The notes under the pieces were generated by a model that saw nothing but the letters and a program-made list of their open reading frames with translations, searched no databases and had not been told where the DNA came from. 64,000 bases of DNA from the human T2T-CHM13v2.0 reference genome, Homo sapiens. Positions within the stretch are counted from its first letter, which is position 1, and every line of letters begins with the position of its first letter. A program made the position numbers and the translations under genes. Location: assembly GCF_009914755.1 (NCBI RefSeq), contig NC_060947.1, one strand, 5' to 3'. Of this stretch, positions 1 through 15,365 are shown one piece after another.

Positions 1-137
1 AAACAACGAAACTGAAGTATAATGACAACTGGGTATCAGTAGCCTTCGACACATACATGTGTCCAGAAGCAATCTAAAGACATATGCTCTACTTGGTTAA
101 TCGTAACTAACAAATATCTCTAAATAATTATCCTTAC

Positions 138-193
138 CTCTTCCTTGCTGTTTTCCATCATATCAGAGTTACTTCCAGAACCACTGATTTTAT
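138..193 (-). CDS. ATRX: ATRX coding exon 3 (56 nt, about c.134-189)
   Basis: Minus strand reads ttcttttttag|ATAAAATCAGTGGTTCTGGAAGTAACTCTGATATGATGGAAAACAGCAAGGAAGAG|gtaagg, i.e. (D)KISGSGSNSDMMENSKEE(G), matching the ATRX N-terminus; phase fits exon 2 (G|AT = Asp). Confidence 0.97.
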
Positions 194-689
194 CTAAAAA
201 AGAAGAAATAAAGAACATTATTTATCTCTTCGATGCATTATCAAACAGAACATCAATACCTATAACTCCACAAACCCATTCTCACACTATGAAGTCTGGC
301 AGTATTGTTAACATACTACTCACATTAAAATATTCCTAGAAGTGTTCTTTCACTAGAATCACTCTCCTTTTGCATACTAACCCCTCCTTATAAAGCATGA
401 AATCTCTGTAAAGATTACTTTGGTATAAAAACATTTCCTGTTGTAGTTTATAAATATTGCAAGACATTTCCCAGCAGAAGAAAATTTAAACTATTACACT
501 AAAAATAAAAAACATACTACCAATAAAGTATATTTCATTTTACCATAAAATACTGGGAAAATAAGAGCAAACTAAACCAAAATCAAGGAGAAGGAAATAA
601 TAAAGATTATGGCAGAAATTCATGAAACTAATGAAATAGGAAATAGAAAAGCAATAGAAAAAAAAAATCAATAAAACCAAAGAGTAGTT

Positions 690-990
690 CTTTTCCTTTT
701 CCTCCTTTTTTTTTAGAGATAGGGTCTCACTCCATTGTCCATACTGGAGTGCAGAGGTGCTATCATGGTTCACTTTAGCCTCAACCTCCCGGGTTCAGGT
801 GATCCTCCCCTCTAAGCCTCCCAGGTAGCTGGGACTACAGGCGCGCACCACCACACCTGGCTAATTTTTTGTGGAGATGGGGTTTTGTCATGTTGCCCAG
901 CCTGGTCTCTAACTCCTGGGTTCAAGTGGTCTGCCCACCTTGGCCTCCCAAAGTGCTGAGATTGCAGGCGTGAGCCACAGGCACCTGGCC
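690..990 (-). mobile_element. Alu (old, J-like)
   Basis: T-rich tail followed by reverse-complement Alu dimer. Confidence 0.9.
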
Positions 991-1020
991 AAAAACTAAT
1001 TTTTTAAAAAGATGATCAAA

Positions 1021-1080
1021 GAGGACCTTGGCCATGAAAGTTGGAATCTGCTAGGGATTGTGTAACAACTTACCTGTGGG
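1021..1080 (+). pseudogene. Retroposed 28S (LSU) rRNA fragment
   Basis: aggaccttggccatgaaagttggaatctgctagggattgtgtaacaacttacctg resembles 28S AGGACGGTGGCCATGGAAGTCGGAATCCGCTAAGGAGTGTGTAACAACTCACCTG; 14-bp TSD aaaagatga(t/a)caaa at 1007-1020 and 1086-1099. Confidence 0.85.
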
Positions 1081-2762
1081 GGAAGAAAAGATGAACAAAC
1101 TTTAGGGTAGACTGACCAAGAAAAAAAAGAAACAAGACTCAAGTTACTAGAATCAGAAATGAAAAAGAGGACATTACTACTAATCTTACTGAAATAAACG
1201 GATTATAAAGGAATACTATGAACAACTGTGTGCCAAAAAACTAAATAACTTACATGAAATGAACAAATTCCAAAACACAAACTACTAAAACTGACTCAAG
1301 AAGAAACAGGTGTGAACAGACCTGTAACAATTGATGAGATTAAATTAGCAATAAAAAAAGCTACCCATAAAGAAAAGGCCCAAATGTTCTCACCACTTAA
1401 TTATAACAAACATTTAAAAAAGGACTAATACCAATCCTTCACAAACTCTTCTAAAAAACAGAAAAGGAGGCAACATTTCCCAACTCATTTTATGAAAACA
1501 GTATTGCCCTGATATAAAAAATATATCACAAATAGAGAAAACTACAGGCAAGTATCACTTATGAATATAGATGCAAAAGTCCACAAAAATATTAGAAAAC
1601 TTCAAATCAGAAGACAGGCTAGAGACTGGGAGAAAATCTTCACAAAGTACACATCTGATAAAAGACAATTATCCAAACTATACAAAGAATGCTTAAAACT
1701 CAACAATAAAACAAACAACATGATTTTAAAGCAAGGAAAAAAAAAGAAATATGTGAACAGACACCTCACCAAAAAAGATATACAGACGCAAATAAGCACA
1801 TGAAAAAATGCTCAACATGTCATTAGGGAATTGCAAATTAAAACAATATACCCCTGCATGCCTATTAGAATAGCCAAAATCCAGAACACTGACTACATCA
1901 AAACTGCTGAGAAGCATATGGAGCAAAAGAAACTATCATTTATTGCTGGTGGGAATGCAAAATGATACAGCCACTCAGGAAAACAGTTCAGCAATTTCTT
2001 ACAAAACTAAGCATACCATATATAAAGCAGCAATCACACTCCTTGGTATTTATCCAAAGAAGCTGAAAACATACATCCACAAAATAACCTGCATGGAGAT
2101 ATTTATAAATGTCTTTATTTTATGTAAACATCTTCATTTACTTATATAAATATCTTTATAAGCAGCTTTATTCATAACTGCCAAAACTTAGAAGCAACCA
2201 AGATGTCCTTTAGAAGATGAATGGATAAACAAACTGTAGTACATCCAGACAATGGAATATTATTCAGCACTAGAAATAAATTAGCTATCAAGCTACAAAG
2301 AGACATGGAGGAAACAAATGCAGATTACTATGTGAAAGAAGCCAGTCTGGAAAGGTTACATACATATGATTACAACTATGACAATCTGAAAAAGGCAAAA
2401 CTATGGAGAAAGTAAAAAGATCAGTGGCTGCCAGTGCTCACAGGGGAGAAAGGGATGAAGAAACAGGCACAGCACAGGAATCTTTTTAGGGCAGTGAAAC
2501 TATTCTGTATGATACCACAATGGTGAATGCAGGTCATTATATATTTGTCAAAAATCTTTAAAATGTATAACACCAAGAGTGAACCTTAACATAAACTATG
2601 CATTTGGGGTAATAATGACATGTCAATGTAGGTTCATCAACGTTATATAACAAATGTACAACTCTCTTACGGAATGCTGATAGTGGGAGATGCTGTGCAT
2701 GTGTGGAAGCAGGGACATATGGGAACTCACTGTACTTTTTGCTCAATTTTGCTATGAACCTA

Positions 2763-3091
<329 letters not shown>

Positions 3092-3346
3092 TCTTTTTTC
3101 TAATAAATTAAGGAAGAAAGGAAATTTTAAAATCTACAAAAACCCACAGGTAGGTAATATCATACTTAATGGCGACAGACTGAATGCTTTCCGAAACCCT
3201 TAAGATCAGGAACAAGGCAAGGAAATCTGCTCTCACCATTTCTATTCAACTTTGCACTACGGATTCTACTCAGAGCATGCATGTTAAAAAAAAAAATTGA
3301 AAGTCATCAGTATTTAAAATGAAGGTATGAAACTATTCCTATTAGA

Positions 3347-3648
3347 GGGCCAGGCGCGGTGGCTGATGCCTGTAATCCCAGCACTTTGGGAGGCTGAGGC
3401 GGGTGGATCACCCGAGGTCCGGAGTTCAAGACCAGCCTAGCCAACATGGCAAAACCCCATCTCTACTAAAAGTACAGAAATTTGCCGGGTGTGGTGGCGC
3501 ATCCCTGTAATCCCAGCTCCTAGGGATGCTGAGGTAGGAAAGTCACTTGAACCCAGGGGGTAGAGGTTGCAGTGAGCTGAGGTCATGCCACTGCACTCCA
3601 CCCTGGTCAACAAAGCGAGACTCTGTCTCAAAAAAAAATAAAAAATAA
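3347..3648 (+). mobile_element. AluS
   Basis: Dimer; TSD aaactat(t/c)c(c/t)tattaga. Confidence 0.92.
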
Positions 3649-3708
3649 AACTATCCTTATTAGAATGTGACATTATCTCATACATAGAAGATCCTAAGGA
3701 ATCCACTA

Positions 3709-4030
<322 letters not shown>

Positions 4031-4294
4031 GAACTATGGGAATAAAATTAGTTCAGGAAGATTGATGGGTACAAGGACAATAAACAAAAATCAATGTTAT
4101 GTCTATACACTTGCAATGAATAATCTCAAAATGAAATTAAGAAAAGAATTCCATTTATAACAGAATTAGAAGGAAATAATTTGAAAAAAAAAGAAGTACA
4201 AAACATACTCTGAAAATTATAAAACGCTATTGAAAGAAATTAAAGACCTAAATCAATGGAAAAACACTTCATGTTCATGAATTAGAAGATAACA

Positions 4295-4590
4295 TTTTTT
4301 TTTTACTAGGGACAGAGTCTCACCCTATTGCCCAGGCTGGAGTGCAGTGGTGCAATTATAGCTCACTGCCGCCTCAAATTCCTGGGCTCAAGTGATCCTC
4401 CTGCCTCAGTATCCTGATTAGCTGGCACTACAGGCACATGCCACCATGCCTGGCTGATTTTTAAATGTTTTGTAGAGATGGGTTCTGGCTATGTTTCCCA
4501 GGCTGGTCTCAAATTCCTGTCCTCAAGTAATCCTCCCACCTCAGCCTCCCAAAGTGCTGGAATTACAGGCATAAGTCACCGCACCTCGCC
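4295..4590 (-). mobile_element. AluJ
   Basis: Reverse dimer with J-type ctcaaattcctgggctcaag. Confidence 0.88.
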
Positions 4591-4713
4591 AGTGATAAAA
4601 CATTAAACATCCTTGAGATACAATTTACACACCATATAATTTACCCATTTAAAGTACACAATTCCTTCAGCCACCAGGCCAAGCCATAAGATTTATCATT
4701 CTTATGATGCCAG

Positions 4714-7054
4714 TGTTACAGAATCTTTGGGGTGTCACTTTTCTGGCCAGAAACATCTGCGGCTGGTGGCACCTGTGCCAGAGTTTTGCTCAGGCCTGCT
4801 GGGCTCGTCCCGCCTATTTGGCCTGGCCGGCTACACTCGGCTCATGCTACTGGCCTGTGTCCTATGATAGCCAAGGAAGACTGGATGAAGCAGCAAGGGG
4901 TATGTGAGCAAGTGTGGGGTCCGGTCACTGCGCAATCAGACATCCTGGCAGCTGCAGCAGGGCACGCAGCTCCAGGTGCCAGCACGGGCATCAGCTCTTT
5001 CTCTGTGAGGCTGCAGCTGGACCATGAACACCACAAGCAGCATCCACAGCTGGCACCAGGGAACACGGTGGCACCCAGAAGTTTGGAGACACCAGGAACC
5101 GCAGGCAGGGCCCCAAAGAGGGAGTCACAGCCCTGGCTTGGGGAGCTCCCAGGTCTGGGCTCCCCAGAGGGCTGCAGCTCTTCTTTCCTTCTCTTCACCT
5201 GCAACAAGGTGAGCAAGGGGCATGTCTCAGCCCTGTTTGTGTTACAGCTATTTTAGCCTCATCTGGCAGGTCCCAAGTTCTTGTCCTGCACCCAAGAAGA
5301 ATGAGGTGCATAGAAAAGTGGAGAGTAAGCAAGATAAAGAGGGGCTTTATTGAGCAATAGAACAGCTCAGAGGAAACCCAAAGGGGGCAGCTCCTTTCCA
5401 CAGTCAAGGTATCCCAACAAGTGTTCAGCTCCTAGCAGAGAGGGTGGTTCTTCTCTGCTAGGCAAGTCATTACTACAAGTGTTCAGCTCCTAGCAGAGAG
5501 GGTGGTTCTTCTCTGCTAGGCAAGTCGTTACTACAAGTGTTCAGCTATCAGCAGAGAGGGTAGCTCCTCTCAGCAGCTGATTATCCCGTCATCTGCACAG
5601 CTCTCAGGAGAGAGGAGGCCTGAGAGTGGGTGGCTTCTCTTTGCAGGCAGGTCATCCCATCATCTCCCCATCATCTCTCCTTCGTCTCTGCAGCTCTCAG
5701 TAGAGAGGAGGCCCTAGTATGAGTAGTACCTCTCTGCAGGAAAGTCGACCCATCGTCTCTGCAGCTCTCAGCAAAGAGGAGGCCCTAGAATGTGTGGCAC
5801 CTCTTTGCAGGAAGGTCATCTTGTCACCTCTGCAGCTCACAGCAGAGAGGAGGCCCTAGAGTGGGTTGCTCCTCTCTGCAGCTGGTCATCCTGACATCTG
5901 TTCAGCTCTGGCTGAGCCTGGGGTTTTTATGGGCCTCAGAGGGGAGGATGTGCATGCCAATTGGTCCACAGGCAGGCCCAGAAAAGGCACCACAAGTTCC
6001 CACTCTGATCCATGCAACTGGCAGCCCAACCTCCAGCCTTCAGGCTTTCCCTGGCCTGAAGGTGGGTCCTCACCAGGGACCTGCCACCTTCCACTGAGGA
6101 ACCTGTCTACCTCCTGCTGCCATTCATGGTGCCCAGGCTGTAGATGCAAGGGGGCACCTGCAGGCCAGTGCTGAACTGCCCTCAGCCCTGCCTCAGCTTC
6201 CCTATGTTTGTCAGTACCCAAAGTCCAGAGGGGGTCAAGGCAGCAGAAGGCTGGCATGTCAGCAGTTCCCCAAGCATGTGGATACCTGGCCAGGCTACGA
6301 CAGCACCCAGGCTCGGCCCCAACTTTGCCACAAGATCAGAGCAGGTGCCAATAGCAGGGTGAAGCCAGGCAGCAGGAGCAGGCACTCCCAAGCCTATGAG
6401 AGCAAGGGGGGCCTTCCCAGGCCCCAAGAGTGCAGAGACACCTGGGTCTGCAGCCCCCCCATGATTTGGGTGGCTGCAGCTGCACCCAGTGGGGCAGGGC
6501 TCCTGCCTGCCCCATAAAGCAGGAGGCCCAGGTCTATACCCACAATTTGGGCAGCTATAGCTGTGCCCAGGAGGGTGGGACTCCAGCCTGCTCCATAAAG
6601 CAGGAGGACCAGATCTGCAGCCATGGTTTGGGTGGCTGCGGCTGCACCCGGGGCTCCTGCTGCACCCAGGGCTCCTGCCTGCTCGTGGAGCAGAAGGCAA
6701 GGTTCTGTAGCCGCAGTTTGGGAGACTGCAGCTGCACCCGGGAGGGTGGGTCTCCTGCCTGCTCCATGGAATGAGAGGCCTGGGACTGCAGCCACGGTTT
6801 GGCCAGCTGCAGTTGCACCTGGGAGGGTGGGGCTCCAGCCTGCTCCCAAGACTCAAGAGCACAGGGATGCCCAGGTCTACAGCCATGCTTAGGCAGCTGC
6901 AGCAGGACCCAGGGAGCTCCAACTTGGAAGGGGCAGGGCTCCTGCTTGCCCCTGGCTCCCACCAACTCTATAGACCGTGCAGCCCTGGCCACGTCTCCCT
7001 GCTGCAGCCAGTGTGATGGCAGCAGCCACTCCAGACGGCCCACCGCTGCCATCA
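4714..7054 (-). mobile_element. ERV1 solo LTR, MER52-like, with internal tandem repeats
   Basis: TG...CA ends; minus strand starts TGATGGCAGCGGTGGGCCGTCTGGAGTGGCTGCTGCCATCAC (MER52-type); AATAAA on minus at 5346-5351; approximate 4-bp TSD ccag/ccaa; GC-rich. Confidence 0.75.
5417..5885. repeat. ~59-62 bp tandem repeat array inside LTR
   Basis: Two near-identical copies of caagtgttcagctcctagcagagagggtggttcttctctgctaggcaagtc(a/g)ttacta followed by diverged ctgcagctctcagcagagaggaggccctag units. Confidence 0.85.
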
Positions 7055-7151
7055 CCAATACTCCACAAACTAATCTACAGACACGCTGCAATCTCTGTCA
7101 GAATCCCAGCTGACTTCTTTGTAAAAATTGACAAGCTCATTCCAAAATTCA

Positions 7152-7298
<147 letters not shown>

Positions 7299-7545
7299 TC
7301 ATAGGGAATTGAAAACATTCAGAATAGGCAGATAATTTTGAAAAATGAAAAGTATGAAGACTCACACTTCCTAATTTTGCCAGTACTGCACAGACTTGAT
7401 TGCCAGTTTTGCAAAACTACACAACAACTTTGGTGCAACTTTGCACAAAACTGTAAAACAATGCAATCAAGACCGTGGAGTACTGGTAAAAGGACAAACA
7501 GAATTAAGAGTCCAGAAATAAACCCATATATCTATGACCAGCTGA

Positions 7546-7854
<309 letters not shown>

Positions 7855-8186
7855 TGATTTCTGACAAGGGTGGCAAGACCATTCAATGAAGAAAGAATTG
7901 TCTTTCAATAAATGGTGCTGAGACAACTGGTTAGAAACCTACAAAAAATGAAGCTGGACCCCTACTTCGCAACATATACAAAACATTAACTCAAAGTAGA
8001 TCAAAGACCTAAATTTAAGAACTAAATCTATAAAACTTTTAGAAGAAAACATGGGGGTAAATCTTCATTACCTTCAATTTGGTAATGGATTCTTAAAGAC
8101 ACCAAAAGAATGAGCAACAAAAGGAAAAACAGATAAATAAAAGTTCATCAAAATTAGTAACTTGTGCTTCAATTAAAGACAACCCA

Positions 8187-8483
8187 ACTGGGTGCAGTGT
8201 CTCACGCCTGTAATCCCAGCTACTTGTGAGGCCAAGGTGGATCGCCTGAGGCCAGGAGTTCAAGCTCAGCCTGGGCTACATGGTAAGACCTCATCTCTAA
8301 AAAATAAAAAAAAAAAAATACTAGCCAGACATGGTGGCACACAACTATAGTCTCATCTACTTGGGAGGCTGAGATGGAAGGATTGCTTGTACCCAGGAGT
8401 TCAAGGCTGCAGTGAACTATGATCTTGCCACTGCACCCCAGCCTGAGCAACAGAGCAAAACCCTGTCTCTAAAAATAAATAAA
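8187..8483 (+). mobile_element. AluJ
   Basis: Dimer; TSD taaagacaac. Confidence 0.88.
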
Positions 8484-9026
8484 GACAACTCAAAGAATAG
8501 GGGAAAATATTTCCAAATTATATATCTTATCCAAGTGTCCATTGAAATATGAATAGATAAACAAAATGTGGTATATACATACAATGGAATGGTATTCAGA
8601 CTTCAAAAGAAATGAAATTTTGAGATATACTACAACATGGATAACCTTCAACACATTGTGCTAAGTAAAATATGTCAGAAGGACAAATATTGTAGGATTA
8701 TACGTATATGAAGTTCCTAGAGTAGTCAAATTCCTAGGAAGAGAATGTAGAATGGTGTTTGCAAGGCTAAGGAGAGGGAAGATTGGGGAGTTAGTATGTG
8801 ATGGGTACAGAGTTTCACTTGGGGAAGATGAAAAAGTACTAGACATGGATGGTGGTGGTGAATGCACAACAATTTTACTTAACGTTACAGGACTGTACAT
8901 TTAAAATTAGTTAAAATGGCAATTTTTATGTTATGCATATTTTACAATAAAAAATTTAGAATATATAAAGAATTCTTACAAATCAACAATGAAAGCATAA
9001 ATACCCATTTTAAAAATGGGCAAAGG

Positions 9027-9319
<293 letters not shown>

Positions 9320-9942
9320 GACTGGACAGAGGGTTTGAATAGAAGTTTCTCCAAGGAATATATACAAACTACAAATAAGCACATGAAATGATGTTCAACA
9401 TCATTACCCTTCAGGCAGTTGAAAACTAAAATCACAATGAGATACTACTTCACATGCACTAGAATGGCTAGAATCAAAAAGTCTGTTATTAACAATGGTT
9501 GGCATGGATGTGAAGAACTCACAATCTTTATATACTCCTGGTGGAAAAGTAAAATAGTATCTCTACTTTGGAAAACAGTTTGACATTTCCTCAAACAATT
9601 TAACATAGTTACCATATAAATCCAGCAATTAGATTCCTAGGTATATACACAAGATAAACAAAAATATATGGCTACACACAAAAAACTGTACACCAATATT
9701 TACAGCCGCATTATTCCTAACAGCCAAAACATGGGAACAAGACAAATGTCCATCAATGGATAAATGGATAAACAAATATGGTATACACATATAATGGAAT
9801 ATTATGTGGCCATAAAAAGGAATGGAGTACTAAGACATGTTACAACAGATATCTTGAATACATTACGCTAAATGAAAGAAATCAGCCACAAAAACACGTA
9901 TTATATGATGCCATTCATATGAAAGTCCAAAATAGGGAAATA

Positions 9943-10258
9943 GGCCAGGCGCAGTGGCTCACGCCTGCAATCCCAGGACTTTGGGAACCTGAGGTGGGCA
10001 GATGACTTGAGGCCAGGAGTTTGAGACCAGCCCGGCCAACATGGCAAAACCCTGTCTCTACTAAAAAATACAAAAATTAGCCAGGTGTGGTGGCGCACGC
10101 CTATAATCCCAGCTACTTGGGAGGCCAAGGCACAAAAATCATTTGAACCTGGGAGGCAGAGGTTGCAGTAAGCCAAAATAGCCACTGCACTCCAGCCTGG
10201 GCAACAGAACGAGACTCTGTCTCAAAAAAAAAATAAAAATAAAAATAAAAATAAAAAA
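9943..10258 (+). mobile_element. AluS
   Basis: Dimer with (TAAAAA)n tail. Confidence 0.9.
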
Positions 10259-10489
10259 CTCAAAACAAGAAACTAGATTAGTGATTTCTTAGAGCTAGGG
10301 GGTGATAGCTAAAGGGTATGGAGTTTCTTTTTGAGGTGATAAAAATATTTTAAAATTGATGGTGGTGATGGTTGTACATATGTGTAAATATTCAATATAC
10401 TAAAAACCACTGAATTTTATACTTTAAATGGGTTAATTGTATGGCATGTAAATTATATTTCAATAAAGATGTTTAATGTTTTATTACCA

Positions 10490-10808
<319 letters not shown>

Positions 10809-11228
10809 AATTTATTACTCATTAAGTAAATGCAAATTAAAACCACAATGAGATACCATAAATATCAAATGGCTAAAATTTAAAAATAGTATTAACACCC
10901 AGTGTTGGCAAGGATGTGGAGAAACTGGATCACTCATACATTGCTGTGGGAATATAAAACAGTACAACCACTCTGGATAACAGTTCAGGAGTTTCTTTTA
11001 AAAAAATGAACATGTAAGAGTAGACAAGATAACTATTAGGTACTGGGCTTAATACCTAAGTGATGAAATAATCTAAACAATAAACCCCAGTGATGCTACC
11101 TTACCTATGTGACAAACCTTCACAGGTACCACTGAACCTAAAAGTTAAAATAAATAAATAAATAAATACCAATAAATAAATAAAAGCACTGATAGAGTCC
11201 AATGGAGTAAAAAAAAAAAAAAATGCAA

Positions 11229-11370
11229 ACCAGGTGCAGTGATTCATGTCTGTAATCCAAGGGCCTCCAGAGGACAAGGCAGGAGGATTACCTGAGGTCA
11301 GGAGTTCATAACAAGCCTGGCCAACACAGTGAGGCTCTGTCTCTACCCAAAATAAAATAAAATGTAAATG
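11229..11370 (+). mobile_element. Alu monomer
   Basis: Left-arm sequence only. Confidence 0.75.
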
Positions 11371-11563
11371 TAGTTTAATTAATTTAATAAAAATAAATGT
11401 GTAACCATCATATGAACTGCAAAATGCACTCCTGGCATTTATTGCAAAGAAATGAAAACATAAATTCATATAAAAACGTATATATAAATATTCACCACCA
11501 GCTTTAATTGTAACAACTGAAATCAGGAATCGGCCCAGATTTGCTTTAACAAATAAATGGTTA

Positions 11564-12143
<580 letters not shown>

Positions 12144-12495
12144 TACATCCATACCATGGAATATTACCCTGCAATTAAAAGGAAAGGATTGTTGATACAT
12201 ACAACAACCTCAATGAATCTCCACAGAATTATGCCAAGTGAAAACACTCCAACCCCAAAAGATTATTTACTATATAACTCCATTTATTTAACATATTTGA
12301 AATGACAAAATTTTCAAAATGGAAGACAGATTAGTGGTTGCCAGGTGTTAAGCATAGGCAGAGGTAGGCGGAGGGAAGTGGGTGTGATTATAAAATGCCA
12401 AGATGAGGAATCCTGTGTTGATGAACTATTCTGTATCTCAACTGTGGTGGTAGATGCATGAATCAACCCAGGTAAAAAAAAAATGTATAGAACTT

Positions 12496-12497
<2 letters not shown>

Positions 12498-12530
<33 letters not shown>
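12498..12530. repeat. (CA)n microsatellite
   Basis: About 16 AC units. Confidence 0.95.
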
Positions 12531-12532
<2 letters not shown>

Positions 12533-13117
12533 GTAAAACTGACAAAATCTTGATTAATAGATTTTATCAATGTCAATTTCCTGGTTGTGATATTGTATTC
12601 TAGTTTTATATGTTACCATTGAGGGAAACTGCCAAAGTGCATAAGAGCTCTCTCTATATTAGTTATTACAACTGCATGTGAATTTATAATTACAAATAGA
12701 AATCAAATAGAAATTTAAGCTTAAAAAAATTCTCAGCAAACTAGGAATAGAGGGGAACTTCCTCAACTTGATAAAGGGCATTTACAAGAAACCTATAAAG
12801 CAAACATCCTTCACTGTGAAAGACTGAATGTTTTCCCACTAAAATTGGTAACACTAAGAGGATGTCTGCTATCATCATCATTCTTCAATGTAATACTGGA
12901 AAATACAGAAAATCCTAGCTAATATAATGAAGCAAGAAAAGAAATTAAAAGGTATACAGATGGAAAGGAAAAAATAAAACTATCCCTATTTGCAGGTGAT
13001 ATAACTGTCTAAGTAGAAAATCCCAAAGAATCTACAAGAGGGGGAAAAATACTATTTAGAACTAATAAGTACGTTAAGCAAGTTCACAGGATACAAGGCC
13101 AACATAAAAAGTCAACT

Positions 13118-13426
13118 GGGCTGGGTGTGGTGGCTCACGCCTGTAATCCCAGCACTTTGGGAAGCCGAGGCAGGCAGATAACCTGAAGTCATGAGTTCAA
13201 GACCAGCCTGGCCAACATGGTGAAACACTGCCTCTACTAAAAATACAAAAATTAGCTGGGCGTGGTGGCAGGTGCCTGTAATCCCAGCTATTCAGAAAGC
13301 TGAGGCACAAGAATCACTTGAACCCGGGAGGTGGAAGTTGCTGTGAGCTGAGATGGCATCACTGCACACCAGCCTAGGCAACAGAAAAAGAACCTGTCTC
13401 AAAAAAAACCAACCAACCAAACAAAC
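13118..13426 (+). mobile_element. AluS
   Basis: Dimer. Confidence 0.9.
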
Positions 13427-14108
13427 AGATAGTTAACTTACTTGAAATGAAACTCCAAACCCTTTCCACCCTGTAGTACCAAACAACTCAAAGCTTTTGT
13501 TCTGTTCTTTTAGTCCTAACCAGGCTGGTTGGAATCTGGAGTGCACTTAGGCAACAGGACCAGAGCTATTGGGAGAGTTTTCGTGCAATCTGGTTTTCCC
13601 ATTCTGTGGCTCTTTTCTAGATGGGATCTCTCTACTCATGTTACAGCTGCTGTGGTCTCCCTAAATTTTTTCCTTGATTTCACATCCAATAAGACTGTAG
13701 ATTTTTATCCAAGTCTTAAAGGCCACAGATGGAGCTAAGAGGATCCTTGGCTGAAGCAAAAAGGATTAACAATGGGGAATTCAGCCATTGCCACTTCTTC
13801 TTCCATGTGTTGACTCCCCTCCAGTTTATCTACTTTGTTGATATCTAGCCTTCAGTATGCTGCCCAGAATTTACAATTGGTATTTGTGAGTGACATCTGT
13901 TTGTCCAACTGGAGATACCACTACTGAAGGAGTTCCTCAACTAGTGAACACAGGACTCCGACAACGTAACATCATTCTAAAGACAAAAAGAACTTTAAAG
14001 AAATACTGAACTATAGTTACGTTTCTTTAATGCGATGATATGGTTAACAACTCTGAAACTGTGGGTACAATGAGGACTAGAAAAATGAATACAAATAAAC
14101 TGGGGAAA

Positions 14109-14833
<725 letters not shown>

Positions 14834-15365
14834 TTAAAAGTATCAGTATCAACTCATGAAAATATAAAACATATTATTGGCTTTCTCTGTGAAAGAGCTT
14901 GGAAACAAAGACATCTTGGTGGCAATGAGCACATCACACACCCTGATCTTGATTTCTAAACACTATATCCCACTAAAAGGAATCAGAACTCTTGCAAAAA
15001 ATAACTGATTGTAGGGCTGGGGAACAGAGAATGGAAAGCAAGCCTTGAATACTTTGAAGGGACAGAAAGAAAGTGTTCAAGAAATGATGCGGATTTGTAA
15101 AAAGGTCAGCAGGAGCCATCCAGGTGAGGCTCCTACTAGCCAAAACTGATACAATTTCAGGATCAAAATAAATAATGACAGAGAATATTCATGGAAAAAA
15201 TTGTAAGTATATACTGATACAAATAATTGAATAGGTTAGAACATGAACCCCTCCCTTACAATAAAATATCAACTAATAAACATAGAAGGAAAGACAAGTT
15301 AGAACATCACCATTTTGAACCCATCATAGGAATAAATTATTCAGCTAAGAATCACAAATGTATGC

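Noticed and set aside
145-339. Plus-strand 64-aa ORF over exon 3
   Set aside because: Antisense shadow of the true minus-strand ATRX exon.
5417-5885. Repeat array superficially like a CRISPR array
   Set aside because: Head-to-tail units without unique spacers, inside an LTR in primate DNA, and no cas genes.
7014-7054. Hairpin tgatggcagc...gctgccatca suggesting a TIR or structured RNA
   Set aside because: Appears to be the normal terminus of this LTR family.
4732-7113. Many overlapping ORFs of 100-246 aa (e.g. 6182-6922)
   Set aside because: They lie in a GC-rich LTR with internal repeats and few stops; the translations are low-complexity with no recognisable domain.
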